The notes under the pieces were generated by a model. The model was not told the DNA's origin and did not search any database. It was given only the letters and a program-made list of their open reading frames with translations. From the NCBI RefSeq assembly GCF_036321535.1, contig NC_087437.1, forward strand, positions 34,536,001 through 34,600,000: 64,000 nucleotides of DNA, read 5' to 3'. The DNA is from Camelus dromedarius. Its lineage: Eukaryota. The translations under genes and the position numbers were made by a program. The number at the start of each line of letters is the position of its first letter. Within the stretch, counting starts at the first letter, position 1. Below are positions 51,172-64,000 of this stretch, piece after piece.

Positions 51172-52070
51172 TTGTGTATCAATTAGGTTTGGTTAGGCTA
51201 GGCAACGCCATAATAACAAATTAACTCCCAAATTCAAATCTCAGAGGCCGGATTTAAACAGAGGTTAATTTTTGGCTCATGGTACATGCACTATCTGGAT
51301 CAGTAGGGGGCTGTCTTCCACACAGTCTCTCAAGTACCTGGGCTGATGGGGAATCCAACATCTTGTGTTTGCATCATTTGGAACATGAGGCCCCCACAGC
51401 TGCTGTAGCAAAAGAGGGAGCTTCAGGGTCACATATTAACTCTTAGATGCTTTGCCTGGAAATGACACTCATGGCATTTACCCACTAAAAAGGCCTTTTA
51501 TTCCATCACAATGTTCTTTTGCAGTTCAGAATGATCTTGTCTTTAATTACGTCACCTCTCCTTCTTTTCTTAGGTGAATTCTAGTTCCGTGAGCCTACCT
51601 TGTTAGCATTCTTAGGTGTAGACAAAAGAATCAAGTCTAGGTCATTTAAATGAGATGGGATTTATGAAGAGAGATTAGAAAGCCCTGGTAATCATTGGAA
51701 AGGCTGGAAGAACAGGTTCTAGGCCGAGCTACCACGAATCCTAGAACCCACCAGTCTTTGTTGCTATAGGGAAGCTACTATTCCCACTGCTGACCTAAGA
51801 ACCATGACAATGAAGCCAGTTGTGTCAGCAGAATGGATGTCTGGGCCTTGTCTGCTTTACAGGTAGTTTCTGACAGGTGCGACTAAGTTACAGGATCTCA
51901 CCCTAGACTCAGGCTAGGGAGATTAGAAAATGTTAAATTTTAGAATTTACTTCAGGAGGATAGAATTCACAGCATGGGGAACTCTAAGATGTGGGGTGGG
52001 GTTTTTTTTTTTGTTTTTTTTTTTAGCAGATTTGAGGTTGTCATGAACAACAGATGTTTACTATACTTTC
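51172..52070 (-). mobile_element. Old MaLR LTR fragments (MLT1J-N-like)
   Basis: TGTATCAATTAGG...TAATAACAAAT...CAAATCTCAG is a reverse MLT1 end; a second fragment starts at ~51600. Confidence 0.5.
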
Positions 52071-52907
52071 TTTTCTAGAACTCTTTTTTCTTTGCACTTG
52101 TAAAAATGTTTTTCCATTACAGAATATAACTAGAGATAAGGAAGAAGCACTTATACTGTCGCCAGTCTAACATAGCCACTGTTATTATTTTGGTATATTT
52201 CCTTTTTGTTCCTTTTCTGTGCCAAATTCTTTTCTATAAAAATTACTTGACAACGAATACTTATTTCCTACTGAAATATTAGAACACAAACATTTTCCCC
52301 CATGTTGCCACATTATCTTCAAGATCATGAATTTTAGTGGTTGTGCAATATTGCAACAGTTGGAATGGCTTTACTATGTCAATTTACCATGTAAATATAA
52401 TATTGCAGTGAAAGTCAACAGGTATAACTTCTCTGATTACAACTGCATGCTTATTCCTTCATTTACAATGTGTTTATATCAACATCTTGATGGTTACCTT
52501 ACTTTCTAGTTTTCATCAAGATGTGTGACCTCTCAGAGACACAGCCCAAGACTCAATGTAGATAAGGAAAGAAACGTGAATTTTTCAGGGAATTGTTTTA
52601 CTTAAGTATGAAGCATAATCTTCACTAAAAGGGACTTTTAGTATATATCATCCATGCTAGTAGTCAGTCTTTCTTTATATACTGCCAGGTAACTTTTTAA
52701 AATTCCAGACAACTGTTCCATTATTCATTCACTTATGTCATCATAAATTTAATGTTGTTTCCAATCATTATATATAGCAAAATTCAATTTTGTTAAACTA
52801 TCCCTCCCTCCCTTCAAAAACAAAAAAGTCACACACACTAATAGCCTTAAGAAAAATCCATTAATTTTTGTATTGAGCACTCCTTTTTAAAAAATGCAGT
52901 GGTGTGT

Positions 52908-54398
52908 TGTGTCCATCAGCAGATGAGTAGGCAAAATATGGCATATATGCACAATGGAATATTATTCAGCCATAAAAAGAATGAACTTCTGATCCATACT
53001 ACAATATGCATGAACCTCAAAAACATTACGCTAAGTGAAATCAGGCAGATACAAAAGGACAAATACTGTAAGATTCCACTTTTATGATGTGATGGTTAAC
53101 AAGAGGTATCTAGAATAGTCAAGTTTATAGAGAAAGTAAGTAGAATAAAAGTTACCAGTGTCTGGAGTGATGGGGGTAGATCATTGCTTAATGAGTACAG
53201 AGTTTTTGTTTTGGATGCTGGAAAAATTTTGGAAATAAACAGTGGTGATAGTTACACAACACTGTGAATGTAGTTAATGCCACTGAATTGCACACTTTAA
53301 ATGATTAAAATGGTAACTTTTCTATTATGTATATTTTATCTTAATGAAAACGTAAATATCAAAAAATTTTAATACTCATAAAATAAAGTAAGCTACAAGG
53401 ATGTATTGTACAACATGGGGAATATAGTCAATATTTTATAATAACTATAAATGGAGTATAACCTTTAAAAATTGTGAATCCCTATATTGTATACCTGTAA
53501 CATATAATATTGTACATCAACCATACTTCAATTTAAAAAATACGATATTGTAAAATAAATAAATAAATAAATAAAGTTAAAAAAAGAAAACAAACTTATG
53601 GTTATGGGGTTGGGGAAAGGGGGTAGGGAGGGATAAATTGGGAATTTGGGATTTGCAGATACTAACTACTATACACAAAATACATAAGCAACAAAGACCT
53701 ACCGTATACCACAGGGAACTATATTCAATATCTTATAGTAACCTCTAATGAGAAAGAATATGAAAAGGAATGTATGTATATGTATAAGTCAATCACTATG
53801 CTGTACACCAGAAACTAACACAACACTGTAAATTGACTATACTTCAGCTAAATAAATATGTAACCTCCTCCCCAAAAAACTCCAGTCTGAGGGGGGAAAA
53901 AAAGCAGCAATGTGTTGTATTGCCTTTTAAGTTTTATTTAAAGGCACTAATCAAAGAAGAAAGGGCAGAGGGGACGGATAAATTAGGAGATTGGGATTAA
54001 CAGATACACACTACTATATACAAAATAGATAAACAACAAGGACCTACTGTTTAGCACTGGGAACTATATTCAACATCCTGTAATAACCTATAAAGGAAAA
54101 GAATCTGAAAAGGAATAAATATATATACGTATGTATAACTGAGTCACTTTGCTGCAACCTGAAACGAATACAACACTGTAATCAACTGCACCTCAACAGA
54201 AATTCTTCTAAAAAGTCATGAAGAAAAAAGAAAAAAATTATATTTCTTTAATTTTGTACCTACATGAGATGATGGATGTTCACTATACTTATTGTGATAA
54301 TCATTTCATGATGTATGTAAGTCAAATCATTATGCAGTACATCTTAAATTTATACAGTGCTATATGTCAGTTATACCTCAATAAAACTGGAAGAAAAC
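52908..54398 (+). mobile_element. Stack of five L1 3' ends of different ages
   Basis: Distinct L1 3' termini at ~52908-53360, 53378-53575, 53585-53860, 53965-54200 and 54260-54398, all in the + orientation. Confidence 0.85.
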
Positions 54399-54869
54399 AA
54401 AAACCAAGTGTTTATTTTGCCAAAAGTTCTCAGTTTGAGGAATACAAAGAATAATAAAATACTCCCTGAAAAGATTATACAAAGTAGAGAAACTTAGAAA
54501 GTAAAGAGGCAAAAGAAAAAATCATTAAATATTATTTTATAATTAAGCACAGAGTTCTCCCTTGGTATATAAAACTAAAAACTAATTCAAACTGAGTTTT
54601 GTTTTAGACAAAGAAGGAGAGGGGAAAATAAGTTTCCAGGCTAATGGAACATAGAAAAGACACAAATGAGATTCCGTGTCACTCTTTAGGAAACTATATA
54701 TATTTAATGCTAGTAGACCAAAACAGATATGCATTTATCCACACATATATCAATATATATGTATATGTGTATATATAATAGATGATATAATCAAGTTTCT
54801 AACCAAAATTTGTATAATATAATATCATTCATCTTAAGAAAATGTAAAGTGTTTGAGACTTTTCAATAG

Positions 54870-55006
54870 TTTATTTATTTATTTATTTGGTGGGGGGAGG
54901 TAATTAGGTTTATTTATTTATTCTTAGAGGAGGTACTGGGGATTGAACTCAAGACCTCACACATGCTAAGCATGCACTCTGTCACTTGAGCTATACCCTC
55001 ACCCCC
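54870..55006 (-). mobile_element. vic-1-type tRNA SINE
   Basis: Reverse complement reads GAGGGTATAGCTCAAGTGACAGAGTGCATGCTTAGCATG...GAGTTCAATCCCCAGTACC...AAACCTAATTACCTCCCCCC; flanks CAATA(G/A)TTT. Confidence 0.9.
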
Positions 55007-55859
55007 CAATAATTTTTAAGAGCTAACTCTGGGGAGCAGAACAGGGAGTGGAATAAGCTGTACTTATATTTTATTTTATATACACCTATAACTTTAAAAC
55101 TGCAAAAAAAAACAATTATAAATATGCATACTTTAATTGTGAAAAATTGAGTGGATGTGACAAATAGTTTAAAAGCACTGAGTGGTATGTTTACAGTTTT
55201 ATTATGGTGGGCATGTAGACTGCATGCATTGGTTAAAAGTCATCAATTTATATACTTAAAATTGGTGAATGATATGTAAATTATACCTCAATAAGAGGAA
55301 AAAAAAGTAAAGTCACTAAAAGAATTGGTTTGATAGTCAAGAGACTTGAGATTTATCCATAATTCTAGCAGTGTTATTTTGATAAGTTATCCAAATTCTC
55401 TGGGCCTGTTTCCTCATCCATAAAGAAAAGTTGTTAGACTGGGTGAGAACTCAGATGTCTCATCTCTCATATCCTGAAAATAGATGAAATATCCCATGGC
55501 TGTCAGTGGTTCTCTATCAAAAAAGAATAATAAACATATATATGTATGTATATATAATAAATATGTGTATATATTTATATACACACACAGATATACATAC
55601 AAATGATACTTGCTTTGAGAAAACCTATAAAATGGTTTTCCTGCATAAAATTCATGAAGTACTAGTAGAAACTTAAAATCTATCATGAAAAGAACAATTA
55701 ACCCAGAAGAGTTTTCCACAGCACTTGGACTTGTGGAAGTCTCAGTCTGCTTCTGTTCTGTAAGTGTTGATGAACTGCTGGACAAGATTCTCTAAGACGA
55801 GATCATTTAGGCTCATGTTTAGGTACAGGATTCTGTTAAAAGAGAATTGTTATTGTTTT

Positions 55860-56072
55860 TAAGTGCCTGATGGACAGCCAGGCTCTGAATAAGGTAATAT
55901 CATTTAATCCTCACAGCAGCCCTTTCTTAGGGAGGTATTATTATTCATTTTATAGATAAGGAAACTGAGCCTCAGGAAGTTAAGTAATTTGTCCAAAGCC
56001 ATCCAGCCAGCAAGCAGGAGAGCCAGTTTTCAACCCCAGGTCTGTCTGACTCCAAAGTCTATGCTCCTTCCA
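55860..56072 (-). mobile_element. MIR SINE
   Basis: CATTTAATCCTCACAGCAGCCC...CATTTTATAGATAAGGAAACTGAGCCTCAGGAAGTTAAGTAATTTGTCCAAAG...GTCTGTCTGACTCCAAAG. Confidence 0.85.
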
Positions 56073-56969
56073 TCCCAACCTATTTTGTAGGCCTTTCTCA
56101 CAGGACTTAATATTTATATTCTTCTCATGATAATAATCATAACTTATTTGAACTAATTTTTCATATCCTGATGTGGTCAAAACCAGCAAAATCAATTAGA
56201 GAACAAAGGTGATTTTTTTTTAAAAAGTTTAAACTATAGTCTTACTTAAAATCTGACCTTATTTTTTTAACATTATATTCTACATGAATATAGTATTTTA
56301 TATTATATATAAAATGTATAAATATATATGCATATGCACTGGCATTAGTAGAAACAATCATTATTTAGGGTATAAATAATTCATGTTATATTCTGTCCTT
56401 CCCATGTATCTTTCTAAAATGAGGTGAAAAAGCTTGCCCCTCTGAACCCCTAGCTGCTGAAGAACATCTGAGTTTCTTTCTGGGTCTCAGTCATTCTCAG
56501 AGGAACCCCAAAGTAGTTTCAATGGAAACTTAATTTGTAATCCTTATTACTTAGCATGCAACTAGTACATCAGAATCACAAAGCCTTTTACAATGATTGT
56601 CTAATACATTCTTCCAGCAGCTTCTGGGGAGACCGACATTTTACAGAAAAGCAAAATGAGATGTAGATATGTTAATTTACTTGGCCAGAGTGACGCAGTG
56701 ATTTTCTGCAGACACAGCCAAGGGAGAGCTGAAGCAGTCTGGCATTAGGAAAGAAACTCTGCTTCTTCAATGATAACATTTCACAGTTACATTGATCCTC
56801 TAATTGCAGAAAGCCCACTTCACTTTACAAGTGAATCAATGATAGAGATGCCTTAGAAAAAATCTAGAGTTTCCAATTTACTTCCCAGAACTGATTTGCC
56901 TTAGTTCCAGTTACCTTTCAAGAGTTTGCCCTTGAGTTAATTGATAAAAGGTTTTAGTTCTTCATTCTT

Positions 56970-59098
56970 TTTTTTTTTAATTGAAGTACAGTCAGTTACA
57001 ATGTGTCAATTTCTGGTGTAAAGCACAATGTCCCAGTCATGCATAGACATACATATATTCATTTTCATTAAAGGTTATTACATGTTATTGAGTATAGTTC
57101 CCTGTGCTATACAGCAGAAACTTTTTTAAATCTGTTTTTATATATAGTGGCTAACATTTGTAAATCTCAAACTCCCAAATTTATCCCTTCCCACCCTCTT
57201 TCCCTGGTAACCATAAGATTGTTTACTATGTCTGTGAGTTTATTTCTGTTTTGTAGATGAGTTTATAGTGTCCTTTTTTTTTCTTGTTTTTTAGATTCCA
57301 CATATGAGTGATATCATTCTGGCTCTTTCTGGCTTACTTCACTTAGAATGGCAGTCTCTCTAGGTCCATCCATGTTGCTGCAAATGGCGTTATTTTATTC
57401 TTTTTATGGCTGAATAGTATTCCATTGTATAAATACACCACATCTTCTTTATCCAGTCATCTGCCTATGGACATTTAGGTTGCTTCCATGTCTTGGCTAT
57501 TGTATACAGTGCTGCTATGAACATTGGGGTGCACATACCTTTTCTAATTAGAGTTCCCTCCAGATATATGCTGGATCATATGGTAAGTCTATTTATAGTT
57601 CTTTGAGGAATCTCCATACTGTTTTCCATAATGGCTGCACCAAACTACATTCCCACCAGCAGTGTAGGAGGGTTCCTTTTTCTCCACATCCTCTCCAGCA
57701 TTTATCATCTATGGACTTTTGAATGATGGCCATTCTGGCTGGTACGAGGTGATACCTCATTATACTTTTGATTTGCATATCTCTGATAATTAGTGATATT
57801 GAGCATTTTTTCATGTGCCTATTGGCCATCTGTATGTCTTCATTGGAGAATGGCTTGTTTAGGTCTGCCCATTTTTGGATTGGGTTGTTTGTTTTCTTGT
57901 TATTAAGTTGTATGAGCCGTTTATAAACTCTAAAAATTAAGCCTTTGTAGGTTGCATCATTTGCAAATATTTTCTCCCATTCTATAGGTTGTCATTTTTT
58001 AGGTTTTTTTTGGGGGGGGTTGCAGGGGATAGGTAATTAGGGTTTGTTTTTTTGGTGGAGGTACTGGGGATTAAACCTAAGACCTCACGCATGCTAAGCA
58101 CACACTCTACTGCTTGAGTTACACCCTGCCCCACATAGGTTACCATTTTGTTTTGCTTAAGGTTTCCTTTGCTGTGCAAAAGCTTGTGTTTAACTGGGTC
58201 CCATTTGTTTATTTTTGCTTTTATTTCTATTGCCTGGGAAGACTGCCCTAGGAGAACATTGCTTAGATGTATGTCAGAGAATGTTTTGCCTATGTTTTCT
58301 TCTTGGAGTTTTATTGTATCTCGTCTTATATTTAAGTTTTCAAGTCATTTTGAGTTTATTTTTGTGTAGGGTGTGAGGGAGTGTTCTAAATTCATTGATT
58401 TACATGCTACTATCCAATTATCCCAACATCACTTGCTGAAGAGACTGTCTTTTCTCCATTGTACATTCCTGCCTCCTTCATTGAAGATTAACTGATTGTA
58501 GGTCTGTGGGTTTATTTCTGGGCCCTCTATTCTGTTCCACTGATCCATTTGTCTGTTTTTATGCCAATACAATGCTGTTTTGATTACTGTAGCTCTATAG
58601 TACTGTCTGAAGTCTGGGAGGGTTATTCCTCCAGCTTTGTTCTTTTTCTTCAATATTGCTTTGGCAATTCTGGGTCTTTTGTGATTCCACATAAATTTTA
58701 GGGTTATTTATTCTAGTTCTGTGAAAAATATCCTAGGTAGTTTGATAGGGATCACATTAAATCTATAGATTGCCTTGGACAGTATGGCCACTTTAACAAT
58801 ATTGATTCTTCCAATCCAAGAGCATGGGATATCTTTCCATTTCTTGAAGTCATCTTTAATTTCCTTAATCAATGTTTTGTAGTTCTCCATGTATATAAGC
58901 CTTTCACCTCCTTGGTTGGACTTATTCCTAAGTATTTGTTGTTCTGGATGTGATTTTAAAAGGGATTGCTTTTTTACTTTCTTTTCCTGCTAATGCATTG
59001 TTAATGTAAAGAAATGAAGTTGATTTTTTGTATGTTAATCTTGTATCCTGCTACCTTGTTGAATTCTTTTATCAGCTCTAGTAGTTTTTGTGTGGAGC
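56970..59098 (-). mobile_element. Young L1, 5'-truncated (end of RT through 3'UTR)
   Basis: Minus ORFs 58708-58890, 58429-58692 and 57593-57829 are ORF2 pieces; T-tract. Diverged TSD TTTAGTTCTTCATTCTT (56953-56969) / TTCAGCTGTTCATTCTT (59099-59115). Confidence 0.95.
57999..58134 (-). mobile_element. vic-1-type SINE nested in L1
   Basis: TSD ATAGGTTGTCATTTT (57984-57998) / ATAGGTTACCATTTT (58135-58149). Confidence 0.9.
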
Positions 59099-62000
59099 TT
59101 CAGCTGTTCATTCTTCTCTTTAATTTTTACACTGATTTCAAAATGAGAGACACAATGATATTTTAAGTACAACAGACTTCCTTGCTATCACTTTGGCTTG
59201 CTCTCTAAAATTTTTGTGTTAACATAAAGCTTGATGCTAAATAAGTGTAAGAGAAAAGTTGCCCCTCTCCTCATAAACAGAAATTGTCTTTTGACTTCTA
59301 GTCAGATCCACCTGAACATTGGTCTCCATTATTAAATCAATATTTCTTGATTCATTTTACTGTTCACTCTTGGCAAGAGGAACTTCCGTCTTTTAACCTT
59401 TCTCATGACTAAGCTGAATGTGTCTTTGGTTTGGATTAAAAATTATACTGTTGAGATAAGGTAGTAAATCTTTTCTTTATGGCTAATAAGTAAGACTCTG
59501 GCATTTTGTATTTGATTTCATGATGCTTCAAATTTGTAGTTAATAAGCAGGCTCCCCAGCATTATATTATACATGAATTGCCAACTTTATTTAAAATTTT
59601 CTGTGAGGTCATATGATAACTTGACAATTATTTTGATAGCTACAAAGGAAATGAAACACCAGCAGATTTTAAGAAGCTGTGTCATCATGTACATTTAGAA
59701 TCAGAAAATAAAACTCTAGTAACAGAAGCACTAGTATATTTTATTAGGTAGAATCTGAATAATAATTTTTAGATTAATTAATACTTTTACAGATATTTAT
59801 TAATTTTCCTGAAATATAATTTAGAAATTTCGGAAGATGAGGTCATTACTTAAATATTGGCAGCCCATTTTGCAACTGATTTTTCTCTGAACTTTCCTTT
59901 AAGGATGTTTTCTTAAAATTAATTATGATGATATTTTGTTTAAATAGTTTTATTTAATCTTTTGAATTAAATTACCACTTTAAAAATATTTATGTAAGGT
60001 CAGGTTTCTTGAGAAATCCAGAACAAGTGGAAATAAATTTATGCAGCTGAGAAATTTAACATATATATCTAAAATGCAAATAAACATAAATTCAAACATT
60101 TCTATTGGATGAATCCACTGTGATGTACTTCAGTCTTTATAGAATCAATTGAGAAAAAAATAAAATTAGTAAAATAATGTTTCTGCCATCAGATTAATCG
60201 ACTTATCTCTTGGCAGAGAAAATGAGGTTGTCCACATGAAGTAGTCCCTGGACTGAAGACCCAGAATGACTGGGTGCAAATCCTGGCTCTCCTGATGATG
60301 AGTCACTGATGTCTGTGTATCGCGTCATCACCCATAAAGTGTTATAATGATATTTTTAGAATCAGGTAAATGGTGAAGGATATTTTATCAAGTGCTTATA
60401 AAATGCTTTGACGGTTACAAGCCCTGAACATTATTAGAACACAATATACAGAGTAGATATTTAAAAACTGCTCACTCATTACTGTCATGTTTGAATGGAT
60501 TTCCTAGGATTGGAAACTTACTTAGCTAAATATAGAGTGCAGTTGCTGGCATTTGGAGGAAAATGCTGTATTACGCTCACTCAGCAATGGCAGTGTGAAT
60601 TTCCAACATTGTGTGGATATAGAATTACTTACTCTAGTTGACTTTACTTATTTTGGTGTCTTTCAAATTGGTCCTCTAATTTCATAATTTTACCTGCAGA
60701 TTTATTTATTTTAATATTGCTTGTGGTCTCAGCCAATCCTTAAGGGCATATTTGCTTGAACCTAATCACAGAAAGGTAAAAGATTCCACTCCACATTGGT
60801 CTAGTTATGACTTTCTTATTACCAGTGCCCTGATTATTGTGTCACTGATTGCTGGGAGCTCCAGGTTTTGAGCTGACCTGGATTTTACTGTCTTCTCAAC
60901 AGTGACAGTCCTGGGCATGACTTTCCTCTCTAAGCTACTTTTTACAGAGATGTCTTCATTAATAGCCCTTTTGAGAATTTCCAAAATAAACAAACAAATG
61001 AATAAAGTCTCAAAATCCTGACTATTAGCAGGTACATAAAATTATATAACCATTAAAGTCTCTCTAGGTCCAAAACACTGTCTTTCTACAACTTAAGGAA
61101 AAAAAGAAGTCCTCCCATGAGTGGTTGACACACAGGGCAGGACTGCTGCTGCTTTATGATTTCTTCATTGTTGCATGAGGATATGCATGTGGAGGAGGGA
61201 TATGGGATACCGAGGAGCAAACAGCAAAGCTGCCCACAAAGACAACCACAGGAGGGGCTGGGCAGGAAGAAGTTTTACTTCCTGGTGGGAGAAAGCCACG
61301 CCACAGAGCCCAGGTTGGAGCCCAGCCCGGCAAAAAGGGCTTAATAAGGTCTGTGCCAGGGAGAAAATAAGCAGCCACCAAACTGGGAATCTCTTAAGCC
61401 GGGAGTGTGAGTTGGAGACACCAATCAAATCTACTGAAGAGTTAGACTGAGAAGTGTTTTGTTTTCTGTTGTGTACTGTCTCTGACCTCAGGGCACTAAA
61501 TTCCAGTAGTTTCACAACTCTAATTTCCTGTTCTCCCAGGGCACCCACAAAGAGGAAAGGACAATTATTTCTGGGGATCAATATGGAGACAGTAGGGAAG
61601 AAATAAGGTATAAAAAGAAACAAGGAAGATCAGAATAAATTACGTACACAAAGTGTCCTGGGGTTCCTCCTAGGTCAACACTCCCTCTGCTGGGCTGGGT
61701 GTGGGTCCTTGGTGGAGACTTCCCTAGCAGATGGCTTTAAAGCCCTGGCTGTGCTTTGAGGGAACCTTGACCCTTTCACCCTCTTGGTAGTTACTGCTCC
61801 CCTTTGCACAGAGTTGGGGTTAGCCAGAGTTATGTTTTCATTTCACAAAACTGAACTTGAAAAGCTATCACTGCTACTGTAAAATAAATACATTAAATAA
61901 AAGCTATCACTGAACTTAAGTTGCTATTTCAAGCTTCTGTTCTGCCTGACAGCAGAAATATACATCAGTAGATTGCAGATAAGCTTACTTCTGAGTTTTT

Positions 62001-62528
62001 TTCATCATTTCTGATAAATTCTATGAATTTAGAGTTTCCCCTCCCCTACACCTGCCATCTCCCCAGAATGGCATCTAAGTTCTAGGGGACATGGGTGAAG
62101 TGGCAGGTTCAACAACACCCCCTTCAGGCTGACATTCACCGCTCACATCCACGCTCCCATGGTCCCCAGTCATTAGTCCTAGTGCTGGCAGCGCCTTATC
62201 TGAACTGTGGTGATGCCCCTCGAGCCACGTCTTCACCTCTCTTAGGGATCGAGAAACTTGGATGTCCTCCTGTGCCACTCTGGAGACTTGGGGGGCTGTT
62301 TTAGACACAGCTGGTTGTTATTTCTACCCTTTCCTGTTTCCCTTGGCCCCAACTGAGAAGTGAATACAGGTCACTCTACTCTCAGATCCCCAAGCCTCCA
62401 AGAGGATTCTATCAGTCATCACGACTCCTCCTCAACCCCCTGCTCCTGGGGCCTCAGCCTATCCTGAGCCACTCTCTCCTGCTCTCTTATTTGACTCTAG
62501 CTTCAGCTTGCAGATTATCTAACATTTC

Positions 62529-62818
62529 AGTGTCCACTAGTCTTATGTGGCTACTGAGCTCTTGAAATGTGGCTAGTCCAAAACGAGGTATACTGAAAGT
62601 GAAAATGCACACCAATCTCAAAGACTTAGAAGAAAAGATTGTAAAATTCACATTAATATTTTTAGTACAGCTTATATACCTGTTGAAATGATAAAATCCT
62701 GGATATGTTGAATTAAATATAAGATAGTACTAAAATTGATTTTACCTTTTCTTTTTACTTAAAAAAATATGGCTATGGGAATATTTTAAATTACGTTATA
62801 TTTTGTTTGGACAGAGCT
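62529..62818. mobile_element. MER33-like hAT element
   Basis: ATGTGGCTACTGAGCTCTTGAAATGTGGCTAGTCC...TGTTGAAATGATAA...TTGGACAGAGCT. Confidence 0.7.
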
Positions 62819-62840
62819 CATCTAAGAAGTTTTAAGGAAG

Positions 62841-63226
62841 TATTATAGACTGAATTGTGTCTCCCCCACCACCCAAATTCATATCTGTAGCCCTAACCTG
62901 CAATGTGACTGTATTTGGATTTAGGACCTTTAAGGGGGCAATTAGTGTTTAATGAGGTCATTAGGGCGGAGCTCTAATCCACTAGGATTTGTGTCCACAT
63001 AAGAGGAAGAAGAGTCACCAGGAAGGCACAGACAGAAGAAAGACCACGTGAGGACACAGTGAGAAGGCATCAGCTTCTAAGCCAGGAAGAGAAGCCTCAC
63101 AGAAACCAACACTGGCGGCACCCTAATACTGGACTGCAGCCTCCACAACTATGAAAAATCCGTTTCTGCTGTTTTAGCCACCTGGTCTATGGTATTCTGT
63201 TTTGGCAGCCCTAGCAGACTAACATA
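62841..63226 (+). mobile_element. MaLR solo LTR (MLT1B-like) with intact 5-bp TSD
   Basis: TATTATAGACTGAATTGTGTCTCCCCC...GGCAGCCCTAGCAGACTAACATA, flanked by GGAAG at 62836-62840 and 63227-63231. Confidence 0.88.
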
Positions 63227-64000
63227 GGAAGGAAACCTCATTCCGATAGCATGGCTTCTTTTAAAATCAGATGTTTATGCATCAGTTTTAGCTTTTGATC
63301 TGTAAAAACTTTCTCTTAGTCTACTGTCTGTGCCAGGAATTTGTAAAATTTTAAACTCAAAAGCTGAGTGAAAATGGACTCTTTAGTTCTCTGTTCTCTG
63401 TCGTGATCTTCCTTCCCCAAGGCCATAGAAGCAGCCACCCTCTGCTGCCTGAAGTTGAGAGGTCACAGAACAAAAAGGAAGTAGGGAAAATGAAATATCA
63501 TGTCAATCTGCTATAGCAGTTACTTTTTTCCTTTCCCCATTTTATCAAAACTCAGGAGAATCTGATTTCATTTATTTGGTCATTCATTAATTTGTTCCAT
63601 ATTTATTGCTTACAGATTGATTATGTGTATTTTAGTGTGAATAGCTTTCAGTAAGCATTTGCATTAAAAATTTCAGATCTTTAATGATATTATACTCTGT
63701 TAAAGAAATTGAGAGTATCACAGAAACTGTATGGTAATGGTAGATAAAGATGGTTAAAGGTACTAAAACTCTGCTGTCCATGTCATTATAGCTCAAAGTT
63801 TTGTCACCTATGGAAGAGACCTTTTTGTCCACCCTCAACATTGCTCTTACTTTGCTAGAAGTCCTTTAATTCCTGGTGTAATGCACACGGCACACCCAGG
63901 ATCAGTCTTGGTTTCCAACCATGGCAGGATACATAGTGGTCACTGGGGGACAGTGGAAGACCACAAAGCCAACTCTTGTACTTGGGTGCACATGGGTGGC

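Noticed and set aside
61165..61623. 152-aa minus-strand ORF
   Set aside because: Non-ATG start, no recognisable domain, no supporting exon structure

Overview
Mammalian, repeat-rich, non-coding DNA. It is most likely camelid: six tRNA-Ala-derived vic-1-type SINEs and artiodactyl-type L1 3' ends are present, and I saw no Alu, BovB/Bov-A2 or PRE1. The window starts inside a GC/CpG-rich promoter-like segment (1-~560). The other ~63 kb is AT-rich intergenic or intronic sequence with L1, L2, MIR, MaLR/ERV LTRs, an ERV-L pol/dUTPase relic, hAT/Tigger MITEs and microsatellites. I cannot support any intact protein-coding gene. The only recognisable cellular gene sequence is a processed BTF3 pseudogene on the minus strand (~11.1-11.65 kb). 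The most notable observations are: (i) an ERV LTR apparently retrotransposed by L1 (perfect 16-bp TSD, A-tail, no U5); (ii) two inverted, independently inserted L1 copies that share ORF2-breaking lesions; (iii) the internally deleted BTF3 retrocopy; (iv) a near-perfect 37-bp-arm hairpin; and (v) repeated insertions into the same target sites. Repeat family names come from my recall of consensus sequences, not from a database search, and the boundaries of old repeats are approximate. I found no convincing novel multi-gene system.
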